Assembly: GCA_964016885.1 (NCBI GenBank)
Contig: OZ024746.1
Location: forward strand, 64,418,001-64,482,000
DNA length: 64,000 nucleotides
Origin: Eledone cirrhosa
Taxonomy: Eukaryota
Direction: 5' to 3'
Part shown: in pieces, positions 14,289 through 27,855 of the stretch
Layout: each line of letters opens with the position of its first letter
Position numbering within the stretch: position 1 is the first letter of the stretch
Made by a program: the position numbers and the translations under genes
The notes under the pieces: model-generated
Databases searched by the model: none
Seen by the model: only the letters and a program-made list of their open reading frames with translations
Told to the model about the DNA's origin: nothing

Positions 14289-15199
14289 CTAGTGTTAAAA
14301 ATAATGTGAATTTGAAGCTTTGAGAAATGATACCTATTTATTTTTATACTGCTATTCAGGATACAGTAATTTCTCCAGCAGTTAGGTAGGAATTATAAAA
14401 CCATGTGTTCTGCAACAAAACAGTATGTGTACCAGTTGCCTTTAGCTGCTTTGTTTAGTAAGAAAAAAAAAATATTACAAAATTTACTGAGAATGTATAA
14501 TTTTAGTAACTAAACTCGTGACTGATTTAATTTATATCTATGCTGTTTTTAATTTCTTTCATAATGTTAGTATTAAGTCTTCTACAGTTTATATACAGGG
14601 ATTATTTTATAACTCAGTACAAGGTCAATTATTTAAATGGTTAGAGTTTGACTTGTCACACACGGTGAGAAATTTTGAGAGTATACTTTTACTACTGTGG
14701 ATAGCAAGTAACGTTACATAGGTAGAATATTTATAATTTCCTGGGGCTTATGCAAAATAATGAAATGTATACCAGTTCTGAAAATAAAAGTAGTTATTAA
14801 CTTAAGATGATATCTAACACATTTCCCATTTGTATATTTTCAATAACCATACAATAAAAGTAGTCATGTAATACTCTGACAGTGGAATAAAGAGAAGTGG
14901 GATTTTACAATTGTCAAAGAATTTCCGATAGTGCCATATTTTCACTCTATAAGTTAAATATTCAAACTATCATATAAATATAAATAAATAATGGTATAAT
15001 TCACTACAGCTGTATTTGGCTAAGATAAGATTTAGCATCACTCTCATCCAAACATGATAGATATGGTGTTAATGAAAGAGGCGATTTGGGAAATTGAAGG
15101 GAAAAGAAATTGAGAAATAGAATATATGTTTTCCATTTGTCAGAAAGAAAGAAAAAAAGCTGAAAGTAAAATGTTATTCATTTATAAGTTCCAATACAT

Positions 15200-15800
15200 G
15201 TGTGGAAACAGCAGTAAGAGTACACACAAAACAGGCTCTATCAAATAGTTAGGTGGCTTTTCTTGAGGTCATTGACAGCGTCTACTACTTGGGTGACCTT
15301 ATTAGTAGTGGTGATGGATGTTCTGAAAGTACAGCAGCTAGAGTTTTCAGGGTGATACTATCTCCATTGGCTACAAAGGGGATCTCTCTCAGAATGAAAG
15401 GCAAGTTGTATGATGCCAAGTGTGTGAATTGCAATGATGCATGGAAGTGAGAGCATCTGTCAACACTGGAAAGAAATGAGGTGTGCTCTTATGGACGTGT
15501 AATAATGTATATGAACAACAAAACATTGTGTTGAGAGAAAAACTGGGTATAAGAAAGATCAGATGCAGTATACACAAGAGAACACTTTGTTGGGATGTAC
15601 ATGTGATGCAGATGGAGGATGACAACTGCATAAAGAGATGTAAGGCATTCAGTCATGGGAACATGGAGAAGGAAATCTAGGGAAACATGGGATGATATGG
15701 GGAAGATGGGCCTCATAGTGGAGATGACAGTACTGAGTGAAGTGGTTATTTGCTGACTTACGAAGAAATCATGCACTCCCAGACTAACGGGATAAGACAT
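15200..15800 (+). mobile_element. Degenerate RTE LINE 3' fragment
   Basis: Frameshifted peptides EVIDSVYYLGDLISSGDGCSES / LATKGISLRMKGKLYDA / LREKLGIRKIRC, homologous to the ORF at 63208-63801. Confidence 0.85.
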
Positions 15801-17628
15801 GAATGAGGAAGTTCATAGTGTTGAGGATTTCCAATATACCCCATCTTTTCCCACCCTCCTTCCTGGATTTTCCTCCTGTCATTTCCTTGCTATCTAAATA
15901 AGATGCTGTCCATGTACGAAGACGAGTATATTGACCCTGTATGTACCCATCAATCTTATGGATCTATTCCACATTCCACTCTCACTTGTCAGTCAACCCT
16001 TACTGTCTCAGGATCGAACACCTAAACTCTCTTTTCTCTTTCCTCTCTTTTTCCTACCCGAGTAATAGCTCTCTCAACAACATATAGCTGCTACTTCTCT
16101 ACAGTGCTACTTCTACCATACTTCTAACTTCCACCTCCTGTTCCTAACACTGCCTCTACCTCCCTCCCTCTCTTTCTGCCCAGGGGCGGTTATAATAATT
16201 GCTCAAGTGCTAATGTGTGACATTAGCACTCAGTCTATGCTGTAAAGTAGTCGTGTCGGTAAATTATGATAAAATAATTTTTAAAAAGTGAGTTGAGTAT
16301 CCCAAGATAATGTCAACTTTAGCAGGATTTGAACTCGACTATTAAGAATGATAAAACTGAATAATGTAAAGTGCTTAGTATGGCATTCTATCTTCACAGC
16401 CATTTCTAATTCCATTTTAGTTTCAGATGTAATATTGAACATATTTTCCATAGAGTTATGATTAAAAAAAAAAGGGAGAAAATAAAACAAGAGTAACAAA
16501 ATGAAAATTTAGGTTTTTTTATGAGTGTTATAGTAAAATATGATATTGTCAAAGACTTAAGGTCCCCGGATGTGAATTCATATTGTTAATACTTTATACA
16601 GGTTTTGTGGCTTTGAATATTGCTTTGTGCCTTTGGATATATCTGTCATAGTCTTTCATCTTATTCAGAGCTTGACTTGTCATATTTTTTCCTTTTCATT
16701 CATTTATTGCTGTACAAATCAATGTAAGTATAGGAATTATGAACAATGTTAAATACAGGACTTAACAACTAGTATAGTATGTAAAAGGATTAATTTATTT
16801 CTATTGATTATCAGGTTTAGTTTTATATTTTTTTTTTTACTTTTGTTTATTATATAGTTACTTTTGTGTCTATAGTAGTTATATTTTAGTTAGTTTTTTT
16901 CTGGCTTATTTTTTAATCATTGGTATTTCTCTTCTGATATATTTTGTCTAGCAAAGTATTGTTAATGAAAGAATATATGTATGTATGTATGAATATGTAC
17001 TTGCATGTGTGTATGCATATGTAAATTCTAACATACATAGACATGAAGGTGTAAATACACATATAGCTACTTGTCTCAGTCTCCATGTTTCTCCTCACTC
17101 TTACTTTATATATAATATCTCTCTGAATATGTTTCTTTCCCATGTATTTGTTTAATTTATCACTAACTGATATCTAAATAAAATTACATCTTTAACACAC
17201 CAAAACACAACATGAAAAAAAAAAAAAAATTTGTCTGTTGGTCATTTTATTTTGGTTACATTTTCTTAGTGACATTTTGTATCTCACTATCATGATCTGC
17301 CTTTTACTTTCTCTGTTAGCAGCAGTATCTGTCCCCTAATCTCTCTCAACATATGTTTGGTTGTTGCCCTCTCTTTTACTAGGGGTTTTCTCACTCCCTC
17401 TAGCTACTCCTGACACTTTGCTCTTACTTTTCCACACACACACACATATATACATCTTATTCTACACACTCATGCATACACACACACACAAACATAGTTA
17501 CACACACACACACACAGTGATAAGAATGGAGAGGTATGCATGGTGATGGTATTATTTCTCTTCTTTTTAGTTTCTTGTGGAATGGGGTAGCTTATAAGGT
17601 CTACTTTCTCTTTTCCAACCTCAGCTTA

Positions 17629-17688
<60 letters not shown>

Positions 17689-17697
17689 GCACACACA

Positions 17698-17791
17698 CAG
17701 GGTGTCCTAAAAATGTATACACACTTTGATTACCTTTACAGGCAATATTTATGTATACAATATTTGTGTGTACATTTTTTGGGACACCCTG
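17698..17791. mobile_element. 94-bp Tc1/mariner-type MITE
   Basis: TIRs CAGGGTGTCCTAAAAATGTATACACA / TGTGTACATTTTTTGGGACACCCTG, TA on the right, embedded in TA/CA microsatellite. Confidence 0.8.
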
Positions 17792-17849
17792 TATGTATGT
17801 ATGTATGTATGTATATATATATATATATATATACATACATATGTATGTC

Positions 17850-18454
17850 AGGTCACCAGTTGGTGCTACTGGTAACATGTATCCCAGTACAACCTGTCTC
17901 ATGGTCGGGTCGTTGGCGACTAAACTGGCAACCCCACCAAGGTTTCTTGGTGAGGAGGGTGACTTTGGACATCCTGCAGGACTAAAAACAAAACCTGTCA
18001 AAAGGCAAAGGAGCTCTTAAGAGTCAATGGCCATCCAAAATCACCGGGAGAGATGACCCCTTAGCCTTTGTCAAGGCAGAATTCTAGGAGAAGGAAAACT
18101 CTGATATAACACCTGCAACTCTGATGGTATCCAATGATGTTGACTTGTTCTTCTTTTTGGTAAATATCATCTTGGTTAAGAGAGTGGGACTGGCTTTGTG
18201 CAGTGCCTTTGCTCACTATAAAAGCTTCACAGCACAGGCATTGCTTTATATCTGGAGATCTCTCTGCACTTGTCGTCACATGGTACCATGGGCCCAGCAC
18301 TATGTGTCAATAATTGTCACAAGTGTAGTGTTTGTACCAGAGCTTTCAAGTCGCTGGCTGGACTAAAAAATCACACTCGTTCAGCGCATCGGTAGGGGTT
18401 CTCCTACATGGATATAAAGTAGTGGCCGTACTCGAAAACGAGTTGGCAGCCACC

Positions 18455-18455
<1 letters not shown>
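17850..18455 (+). mobile_element. Internally deleted RTE-like element (5' UTR joined to a C-terminal C2H2 finger and 3' UTR)
   Basis: RTE-5'UTR-like CTAGGAGAAGGAAAACTCTGA; the 3' part translates CSVCTRAFKSLAGLKNHTRSAHR*; flanked by (TA)n. Confidence 0.55.
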
Positions 18456-18486
<31 letters not shown>

Positions 18487-18538
18487 AAATAAGTCAAATA
18501 TGTAAAATTTGGCTTCGTTTATTATAAATTATAGATAT

Positions 18539-18593
18539 ACTGCTATAGATGTTTCGGTGACATCCATCATTGGCTGTGACCTCTTCAGGCAGT
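18539..18593 (-). ncRNA. Minimal type-I hammerhead ribozyme motif in a Penelope-pLTR-like fragment (~18480-18700)
   Basis: Minus strand ACUGC-CUGAAGA-GGUcACAgCCA(auga)UGGaUGUcACC-GAAAC-aucua-UA-GCAGU, followed by AAUAAA. The 15.2-16.2 pair is C.A rather than C-G. Confidence 0.7.
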
Positions 18594-18697
18594 CCGAATT
18601 GGTGTGGAAAAGACAGGTACACATGTTGTTGAAGTGTGTTTTACTTCGTCAATACATCGATATGTCCAGCTCCTGGTTGTGTTGTTATTCTCCTGAG

Positions 18698-18755
<58 letters not shown>

Positions 18756-18799
18756 CCCCGTCCCACCACCCCCACTCCATCCACACCGCCCCCTTCTAT

Positions 18800-19093
18800 G
18801 TAAAGTTATGTTGGTGCCACACCATCCAGGCCGAAACAAATGAGATCGTGTAGGTGTCACGACAAAAAAACACACAGTCCACGCTGTAATGTGGCCGTGT
18901 AGGCAACACGGTAAAAACCTCCCAGACCCACACTGTAAATGTGGTTGGTGTTAGGAAGGGCATCCAACTGTAGAAAACCTGCCAGACAGTCCTATGCGAG
19001 CAAGACAATCACTCTTGCCTCAAGTGGGAATACCCCCGTCCAAACCCATGCAAGCGTGGTGGAACACGGACGTTAAACGTTGATGATGATGAT
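18800..19093 (+). mobile_element. SINE with RTE-derived 3' tail ending in (GAT)n
   Basis: GTGGTTGGTGTTAGGAAGGGCATCC body and tail CCCATGCAAGCGTGG..ACACGGACGTTAAACG(TGA)n; near-identical to 58107-58432 on the minus strand. Confidence 0.85.
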
Positions 19094-19318
19094 ATATATA
19101 TATAATCATGGCCATCATTAAATGTTTAGTGTCATCATTATCATCACCATCGTCTAGCAGTTTGTGTTCATATATTAGAGCTAATATAATTTTCCTGTAC
19201 CATATGCTGTTCATAGACCAGTGCAAATGGCAAAATAAGTTTTGCTTCAGACAAAATACCCACTTTTGTGTGCATTTAGTTACACTGGCTTTCCCTTGTT
19301 TGTACTTGCAAGAGAACG

Positions 19319-19542
<224 letters not shown>

Positions 19543-20308
19543 GATTTTTTTACAACAGATTACAGTAATTGTGGATACACCTTAGCTTTAAACAAGTAAT
19601 AAATTGGTAAATCTGTATAATAATATTCATCATAATAATGATTTGTATAAGAAGAAAAATATAAACAGTACAAACAATACTGATCAGCCAGAGAAAATAT
19701 CATGTCAGACAGCTATCAAATGTTATTATAATAAATCTTATGAAATTAAGTGAGAAAATAGTCAATGGCTCAATTGAATAAAGAAAACTTCTCAAAACAT
19801 ATACCTCTCTTATATATTAAAGTTTGTGTATTAACTTATTGTAACAGTTGTATTTGCTGTAAATTTATATAGCAGTTGAATAGCACCAGTCATCACTGAT
19901 AGAATAAGAATATTCCATGGATTGATATATTGGTGGTAATGTTGAAAGAGAAAAAAGATAAATGGACTTCCGTCAGTTTCGATATTGAGTGATTCTGTTG
20001 TTTGATCAGTGGAATAGCCTGCTTGTTAAATTAATGTGTAAGTGGCTGAAGATTCTACAGGCACCCTTGGTCTAATTTTCGGGGAGATTGTGTTTTATAG
20101 TTACTGACATGGCTGGTCCTTTAAATTAGAGATACAGTCCATCTGATGGGTTGCCAAAATAGTTTTTGTTGACCTGGTTTCACTAGGTTTTTTAACCCGA
20201 ATCTATCAAATATGTTACACAGTGGGACCAAACTCCTTTCATATGTTCTTTTCCCTAGCTGTACCCATAATTTCCTTCGTTTGAATTAATTTTAGTTTTT
20301 CTAAGGGC

Positions 20309-20755
20309 TAGTAAATAGATTTGTCAATTGAGTTGTAGTCAACATGTAACAAATAGATTTATCAGTTGAAGTATATCCAACATGTAGTAAATAGATTTGT
20401 CAATTGAGTTCTAACCATCATGTAGTAAATAGATTTTGTCAGTTGAGGTCAATTGAGTTATATCCAACATGTAGTAAACAGAGTTGTCAGTTGAGTTATA
20501 TCCAACATGTAGCAATTAGAATTGTCAATTGAATTATATTGAACATGTAGTAAATAGAATTGTCAGTTGAGTTGTATTGAATATGTAGTAAATAGATTTG
20601 TCAGTTTTGTATCGAAAATATAGTAAATAGGTTTGTCAGTTGAGGTATAGCCAACATGTAGTAAATAAATTTATTAGTTGAACATGTAGTAAGTAGATAT
20701 GTCAGTTGAGTTGTTTCGAATATGCAGTAAATAGGTTTATCAGTTGAATTATAGC
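20309..20755. repeat. ~38-bp minisatellite, about 12 degenerate units (CATGTAGTAAATAGATTTGTCAGTTGAGTTATATCCAA)
   Basis: Direct inspection. Confidence 0.92.
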
Positions 20756-21409
20756 CATCGCCTTTTGCTAGTGCAAATAATGGAATACTTGGTGATATCC
20801 ACAAAACTAATTTAAAACTTATTTCCAATAGCCATGATTCAAGGGAGAATAGTATCAGTTACTATTTGTGGTATATATCATTTGCAGTGTAATATCTTCT
20901 TTGGTAGCGGTAAGATCAATTATCTAGCCTACTAGTTGATGATGATGGTGATTAATGTTAATGAGCAAGCATATATATGTGTGTGCATCAGTATACATAT
21001 GAGTTTAAGTATGTATATAGGATTTGGGGGAAGTATTGTATATGTAAAAATTGGGGGAATAGTTGGAGGTGAAACATTGAGGTGGCAATGTAAACATTTT
21101 GCTCATTTCAAATATTTGATAAGATTTATATTTAATTTCCTTGGAAATTAAATATAAATCATTAACACTAAATAATCTTCCTCACCACCTCTACTATCAT
21201 TATATTACTGCAAACACTACCATCAGTTAATGCTGCCAGTAAGTCTACTGTGTTTGAAGGTACCATGCATAGTGATTAAAGTGTTGCACTCATAATTGTA
21301 TAGTTGTGAGTTTAATTCCCGTGTTGTATCCTTGAGCAAATCACTTTATTGCAGATTGTTCCAATCTACTCAACTGGAAACAAATTAATTTCAATGTCCA
21401 CCTAACAGA

Positions 21410-21570
21410 CTTCAAAACAGTTTCTGTCTATCAAACTCCTCTCACATGACTTGAGTTGACCAGATTCTGTGGTAAAGGATACTTGTCCCAGATGTGATGC
21501 AGTAGGATCAAAGATGGGACTTTATGATTGTGAAATGAACTTCTTAATCATTTGGCCATGCCTGCATCCA
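21410..21570 (-). mobile_element. Degenerate CORE-type tRNA SINE
   Basis: Similar to the + copy at 43915-44075 and copies at ~6140-6270, 23010-23175 and 60680-60830. Confidence 0.55.
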
Positions 21571-24451
21571 CATATACAACTAGGGAAAGAAAGAAAGATG
21601 TCCTAAGAATAAGAAAACCTTACAGGGAGGATAGGTGTATCAATCACCCCCCCCCCCCCCAATATGAAGCAACATATATGGTGAATCTAATAAGTAGTAA
21701 CTTGAGTGACTTTAGGGAAGTTTGTATTTTGAATGTATCATGCTGAGACATTTCATACAATACTCTGAACTCATGAGGGGTTTTGTAATGTTTACATAAA
21801 GTAAATATGTTCAACAATATTTATCTTAAAAAAGAAGAGTAAATTACCATGTTAATTCGTATGTGGTATTTTCTTAAAATCACAAACAGGGTCATGTACC
21901 TACTTTCTTCTGCATTCTACAAAATCTAAGTATTCTGTTGTTTTAAAGTACAGTGTTATTAACCTCATGTTATGTAGTTGAAAATATGCATTGCTCCTCA
22001 TTATTGATTAGTTAGCATTAATTTATCAAATTATGTAACTAAAAAAAAAGTTATCATTCACCCAGATTTTATTAGGGTACAGTTGCCATGACATTAGCTT
22101 ACTGAACAACTGACTATAAAATCATGATTTCAAACACTTCTGCAATAGTTGTTTCACCATGCATGATGCTTCTGGGCACAGCTCCTTTATTAGCATCAGC
22201 TAATCTAGCTGAAAAATAGCTATTTCACAGATGAATGTTCAGCATTACAAGGAAAAGTCAACTATCTTTAAAAGCAATTCACATTAATATTTGCAGGATC
22301 CTCTATCATAAAATATCATGAAAAAAGAGGAATGCTAAACTGTTTTAAAATATCCAGTTCATATTGACATGGATGGTTAAATATATATCATTATGATTGT
22401 CAATGAAGCTTCTACATGGTCACTTGAACTGTTAGAAATAGCAGTCAAATACCCCCCCCCCCAAAAAAAAAAAAATAAATAAAGAGAAAGGTCATATTAA
22501 GAAATGTAGTCCTACATATAAAAAAAGATAAGATGCTCACAGCTGGAATATCTGTGACAAGGTGTGCTTGGTCAGGTATGACTTGGGGCTACACAACAAC
22601 ATTGGCATAATCATCATAATTTTATTGTAAATATTTTTTATGTTGTCATGGGTTGGATGGGTCTTCAGCATCACCACTGCATCATGTTGTCAGTGAGGCT
22701 AGCCATTTGTATATCTCATTCTTTGTCATGTTTTCCCTCTGCTGATGGCATATGGTAATTTTTCCTACATACTTCAGCTAATGCCTTTAACTCTCTCAGC
22801 TATGATCCACCTAAAGCTGCTGTTATTAAAATATTGAAATTTAAATTCAAATCGTAGACTGAATATTTTTTTCTGGGTTTATCAGGGAAGACTGATGAGA
22901 AGAAGTTATTCTCAGACAGAAGACTTAAACTTCACTAAAATCACCCATGGACCAAGTGGTAGTATTAAACTGGGTGACATTACATCTACCACCTCTAAAC
23001 AAGAACAGTTCCTTTTGCAGGATTTCACATAGTTTCCCCTCTACCAAATTTTGCTCAGAAGGTTTGTTTGAGCAGAGGCTGTGATGGAAGGCACTTGTCT
23101 AAGTTTCCGCACAGTTTGATTGAACCCTAAACCATGTAGTTAAGAAATGAATTTAACCACACAGCCATGCCCATGTCTAGTTAAGACTAATACTACATGA
23201 AAGATATGTTTCAATATGAAAATATTTGTCTTTTATTTAGTTCACCAAGCCTATCTTCATTCTTGATTATTCTGAAAATAAGACGCAGAGCTTCCTGTTA
23301 GAAATATGGCCTCAAAAGGGTTAATTTTTAGCTTCAATCATGATTCAGTTGTGCTTCCACATTCATACAAGTTAATGTTACATCTACAACAGATTGTAAC
23401 TGTCTTATTTTTTCACAACCTTCACTGATTTTACATGTTCAGTGCCTGTGTCTCATTATGTGACATGATTTATTGTAGCATCATATTCTTTACATATGCT
23501 CCCAGGCTTCATATGGTCTATCTTTTGTAGAGAGAGAGAAAGAGAGAGAGACCTTTTGTTATCAGCTCAAGCTGAACTTTCTCCACTCATTTCTTGCTCT
23601 AGAGATCACATTCTCATTATAACTGCACTCACACTAATTGCACTAATTAGGTCACCTAGGTAACAACAATGTAAGTCACTTTCATCAAATAGAATCTGGT
23701 AACCTGAACAATAGCAAAAACTAATAGTCAAGTCACAGTTATCCAAATCGGACTTGCAGGGAGTATTTTGTTTGGATAAATGATTGTTTAGTTAACTGAT
23801 TGTTCAGATAACTAATCTAATTATAAACAAAGGAAGCCATACTGAGTATAATTACATTAAAAAAAAAACAGGTTTACATTTGTAAGTCATTCAATCAAGG
23901 AAATGTACTTTATGCCCTTTCACCTTGATTCAGGTGCTGTAAAATCTTGCTTCTCTCTTGATTGTCTTAGGTGGTTGTTTTCTTGTCAGTCATGGTAAAA
24001 ACAACAAACTCAATTACTTATAGCGGTTATATACATATATATGAAGCAAAGTTGTTGTGGAAGAGGATGGGAAACATGACAAATACCAACAATTCTGGTT
24101 GAATATCTATGTTTACTTCATTTCAGCAAAAAGGAAAAAAAATATGATTCCTTTGAATCATAAATATAAAGTTTGATTATAGTATTCACAAATTAATATA
24201 ATGTTCAATAAGGCTTCTGTGTTGTGCGAGGGTCTCTTTATTTACCATAGGATGTTCCCTTAAAAAGTGACAAGTTGTAGTCAGACAGTACGTACCAGCA
24301 GAGGTAGTAGTAGTAGTAAACTCTGTCATGGTGAGGTTGTGTTGTACAAGCAAAGTGGCAGTGAACTGTGTTGTCTAGGATAAGAGGCAGATGACTGAGT
24401 ATTAGGACCACAGGACAGCCTATTTATAATGACACACACACACACACACAC

Positions 24452-24479
<28 letters not shown>

Positions 24480-24483
<4 letters not shown>

Positions 24484-24807
24484 CTAAAACAGAGAATGTC
24501 TGTCTGTCTGTCTGTCCGATCACTAAAACTCGAGAACCACCCAACTGAATTTTTTCAAACTTTACACATGTAATACTTATGGTCCTGTGAGTGTTTTGAG
24601 CAAAATAAATTTCAAATTTTCAATGCCCTACGGACCGCATTAGGTGATTAGCGATCTTTTTCTATAACTCTTAGTCTTTCTCTTTTTAGATAGATACATA
24701 GATATAACGTTGCACCCTTATAATATCAGTCTGTATGCCTGGCTGTCTCCATTACAACATTATGACGCAGCTGTGTGTGTGTGTGTGTGTGTATATATGT
24801 ATATATA

Positions 24808-24855
<48 letters not shown>

Positions 24856-25425
24856 TGTAACGTTTTTCTAAATATTTACTTCTGCGTTCACAGATTGATT
24901 TTTTTTTAGTTTCAGAAGATCCCGTTAAGGGTGAAAGCAGCGATTCTTTGCTTAAATTTTAATCTGTTATTTTAATATATATATATATATATATATAATT
25001 ATATATTCAGTCCCCGTCCCACCCTTGCAAGCAGGGAAAAGCGGACGTAAAATGAAATGATGATATTCGTGTACAGATATTTTTGCATACACAATAACAA
25101 ATTATAAACAAAATTATTTATTTCGCGATAAAGTATTGATTTTCTTTGCATGGAAAAAACCCCTGGTAATCTACAAAAAATTTTTATTTATAAGCTCAAA
25201 ATGTAGACACCATCCCGAGGCTGAGGTATTCCGTACTTCTCTGTACTGTTTTATATATATATATATATATATATAATTATATATTCGTGTACAGATATTT
25301 TTGCAGACACAATAACAAAATATAAACAAACATATTTATTTCACGAGGCTTGATAAGGCTAAATATATATAAAATATTTAAGAACCCTAGAGCAAATGCC
25401 GAGCAACGCCGGGCCATTCTGCTAG
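24480..25425 (+). mobile_element. Non-autonomous Helitron
   Basis: The 5' end lies in (TA)n followed by (GTCT)n. The 3' end has a GC hairpin CCGAGCAACGCCGGG and terminal CTAG (25422-25425) followed by T. No TIR or TSD. Confidence 0.75.
25009..25062 (+). mobile_element. 54-bp extreme 3' stub of the young RTE LINE
   Basis: CCCGTCCCACCCTTGCAAGCAGGGAAAAGCGGACGTAAAATGA matches the LINE 3' ends at ~27870-27910 and ~63765-63805. TSD ATATTC at 25003-25008 and 25063-25068. Confidence 0.88.
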
Positions 25426-26095
25426 TGTATATATATATATATATATCACCAGACCTCCCTCATAATGTGACCACTCAGATGCTGGCCTGACTTGTCTCAT
25501 AACGTGGACAATCCGTTTAACCCATGCAGGCATGGAAATAGACGTTAAACGGTGATGATGATGATGATGATATATATACTTTGAATAAAATCATTGAGTG
25601 GGTGAAGTCACCTCCAATTTTACTATGCTTTTAAAATCCTTTAAAATGGCAGTCATTTTTATGTGTTATGGTTATTTTAATGCCAATCCACTGAGAACAA
25701 ACAAGCAGGCTGATCAACATGTGGTACTTTTGATAACTATAAACCAAAGATGTGATTATTGTACTAGTGTCAGTAAACTTCTTTGATGTAATGTTTTTAC
25801 AAATTCTTCAGTGATTATAATTCACTTTCAATCAATCATTTTAAGCAAAAAGACAAAATGATAGTACTAGAAATATTCTGAAATTCAGGTTACACACAGT
25901 AGTGCTTATTAAATATTCACAGGATCTCAAGATTGTGTTTGGATACTCTGAAATTTAGATAATTGTTGTTTGGATAATCAACATTTGACTGTACTCACAA
26001 ACAAGCTAATGAAGAAGCATGTGATCATAGCTTGATCTGCTAGAAACAAGCGTTAAACCTCCTTCAAATCACACACTACTGTCTAAAAAATAAAG

Positions 26096-26128
<33 letters not shown>

Positions 26129-27855
26129 GTTTAACGTCCGTGTTCCACGCTTGCATGGATTCCTAGATATTGTGTAAGTCTGTATGTACTTATGTATGTA
26201 TGTATGTATGTATGAACATTTAAAAACCTATTTATGTACATGTAAGTTTATGAATGCATTTTGTGCCATAAGGTAGCAGAGAAGACATTTTTTTCCTGAA
26301 TAACACCTAACATTACTACTCAGTGATGCAGGCCTGGACGGAATGGGGAAGCATTCTTTTGTGCGTGAGAGATCATGTGCAGGCTGCTTCATGGTCCCTG
26401 TGGACAAAATAGAGAAAACATTGCCCCAGATGTTGAATAATAGCAGCTCACAGTTGGAAAGTCTTTGATCAAGGCCTAGCTTGGGCTAAACAATAACTAA
26501 CTAGAAGTCATCTGAACAGTTCATGTGGGTTCCTCCTAATAATTACTCTTGTACATATAACACATTCAAAATCCTTCATCTATATGAGTATTCCAGTGGT
26601 TCCCTTGCACCTATTGCTTTTGATAATATCAAAGTGAGGTTAGTTTCTGGTTGTCTGATGCATATATGTTAAATTAAATTTAAGTTATAGTTACTGCATC
26701 ATGCTCTTAATCATCCAAGGAAATTCCACAATTGTATGATGGACAACTATCTATCTATTCACCATCATAATGGTGGTGGCTAAACCATTCACCAAAGAAA
26801 ATAAATTAAGTGTAGACATGAAGAATTACGAGGAAAAAAAATCAAATCATTGAATATCATTAGTATAACCACAAACCTATATTTCTCATTTTAATTTCAC
26901 TGTTCTTTCTTCATTTCCCAGTAAATTCTGAAGACTTACGGTTGAGAAAATATTATTTAGCAATAACTACACAAAAAAAAAATCAAATAAACAAAATAAA
27001 ACAACAAAAAACAAACAACAGCAACACACAACAAAACAAAAAACAAACAAGTAAAAGTTAATAAAAAAAAATTAATTCTTTGATATCCCTTTGAGTTGCA
27101 GGATATCAAGCTGAAAGAGAACAGTTATTTTTAGTTTATTTCCCCTTTAATAGATGTGAAAGGAATATATAGAGTTCAAATAAACAAAATAGAAAAACAT
27201 CAAAATCTGGAAGTTTGAAATACTTACTGTAGAATTTAATGTCTTTTCTCTGTTTGTAAGAGTATCTTTCTATCGTTCCTTTCTTTAATGTCTACAACTT
27301 CTGTCTGGCAAGTTGCTTTCATTATGCTAATCGTGTGTTTTGTTTGATAAATATACTTTTGTTGTGAATGTTTGAAAGCTAGTCTGCACCCAAGAAAAGA
27401 TTTCCCAACCAAAAACTGAGTTAGTTTAGAAAAAAAAAAAAAAAAAATTAAATATGTGTTTACAATTTTTAAAGAGTGTTTTGTGTATATATATACAAAG
27501 TGAATGTGAAATCAAATAAAAACCCAAACCCAAAGACTTTTAATGTTCACTTTGTAAGAAACGGTCTATTAAAAGAAAACGTAAACACTTATTTGCCATT
27601 CAATCTTAATTTACCTATCACAGAAAATAAATAAATAAAAAAACCTAAATTGAAAATTATTTAGTTTATAACAAATGTGTAAAGCAACACATTTATTATA
27701 TAGTTGACCAAATATATGTTAGAGTACAGGTCACATATCTGAGACATTGCAGCTGATAGACGTACTTTTATTCTAATTTCATCTGAGAAAGGACTATTTG
27801 TTTGACAGGCAAGTGGTTCAGTGTACTACTAAAATGGTATGGCCTCTGGCCCACT

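Noticed and set aside
20309-20755. CRISPR-like ~38-bp repeats
   Set aside because: Head-to-tail degenerate minisatellite with no spacers.
22892-22925. CTGATGA followed by a small hairpin
   Set aside because: No GAAA/NUH and no stem I.
23722-25993. Possible old Tigger/pogo-like element enclosing the Helitron
   Set aside because: Only a decayed TIR resemblance (AGTCAA..TTATCCAAA); no transposase motif confirmed.
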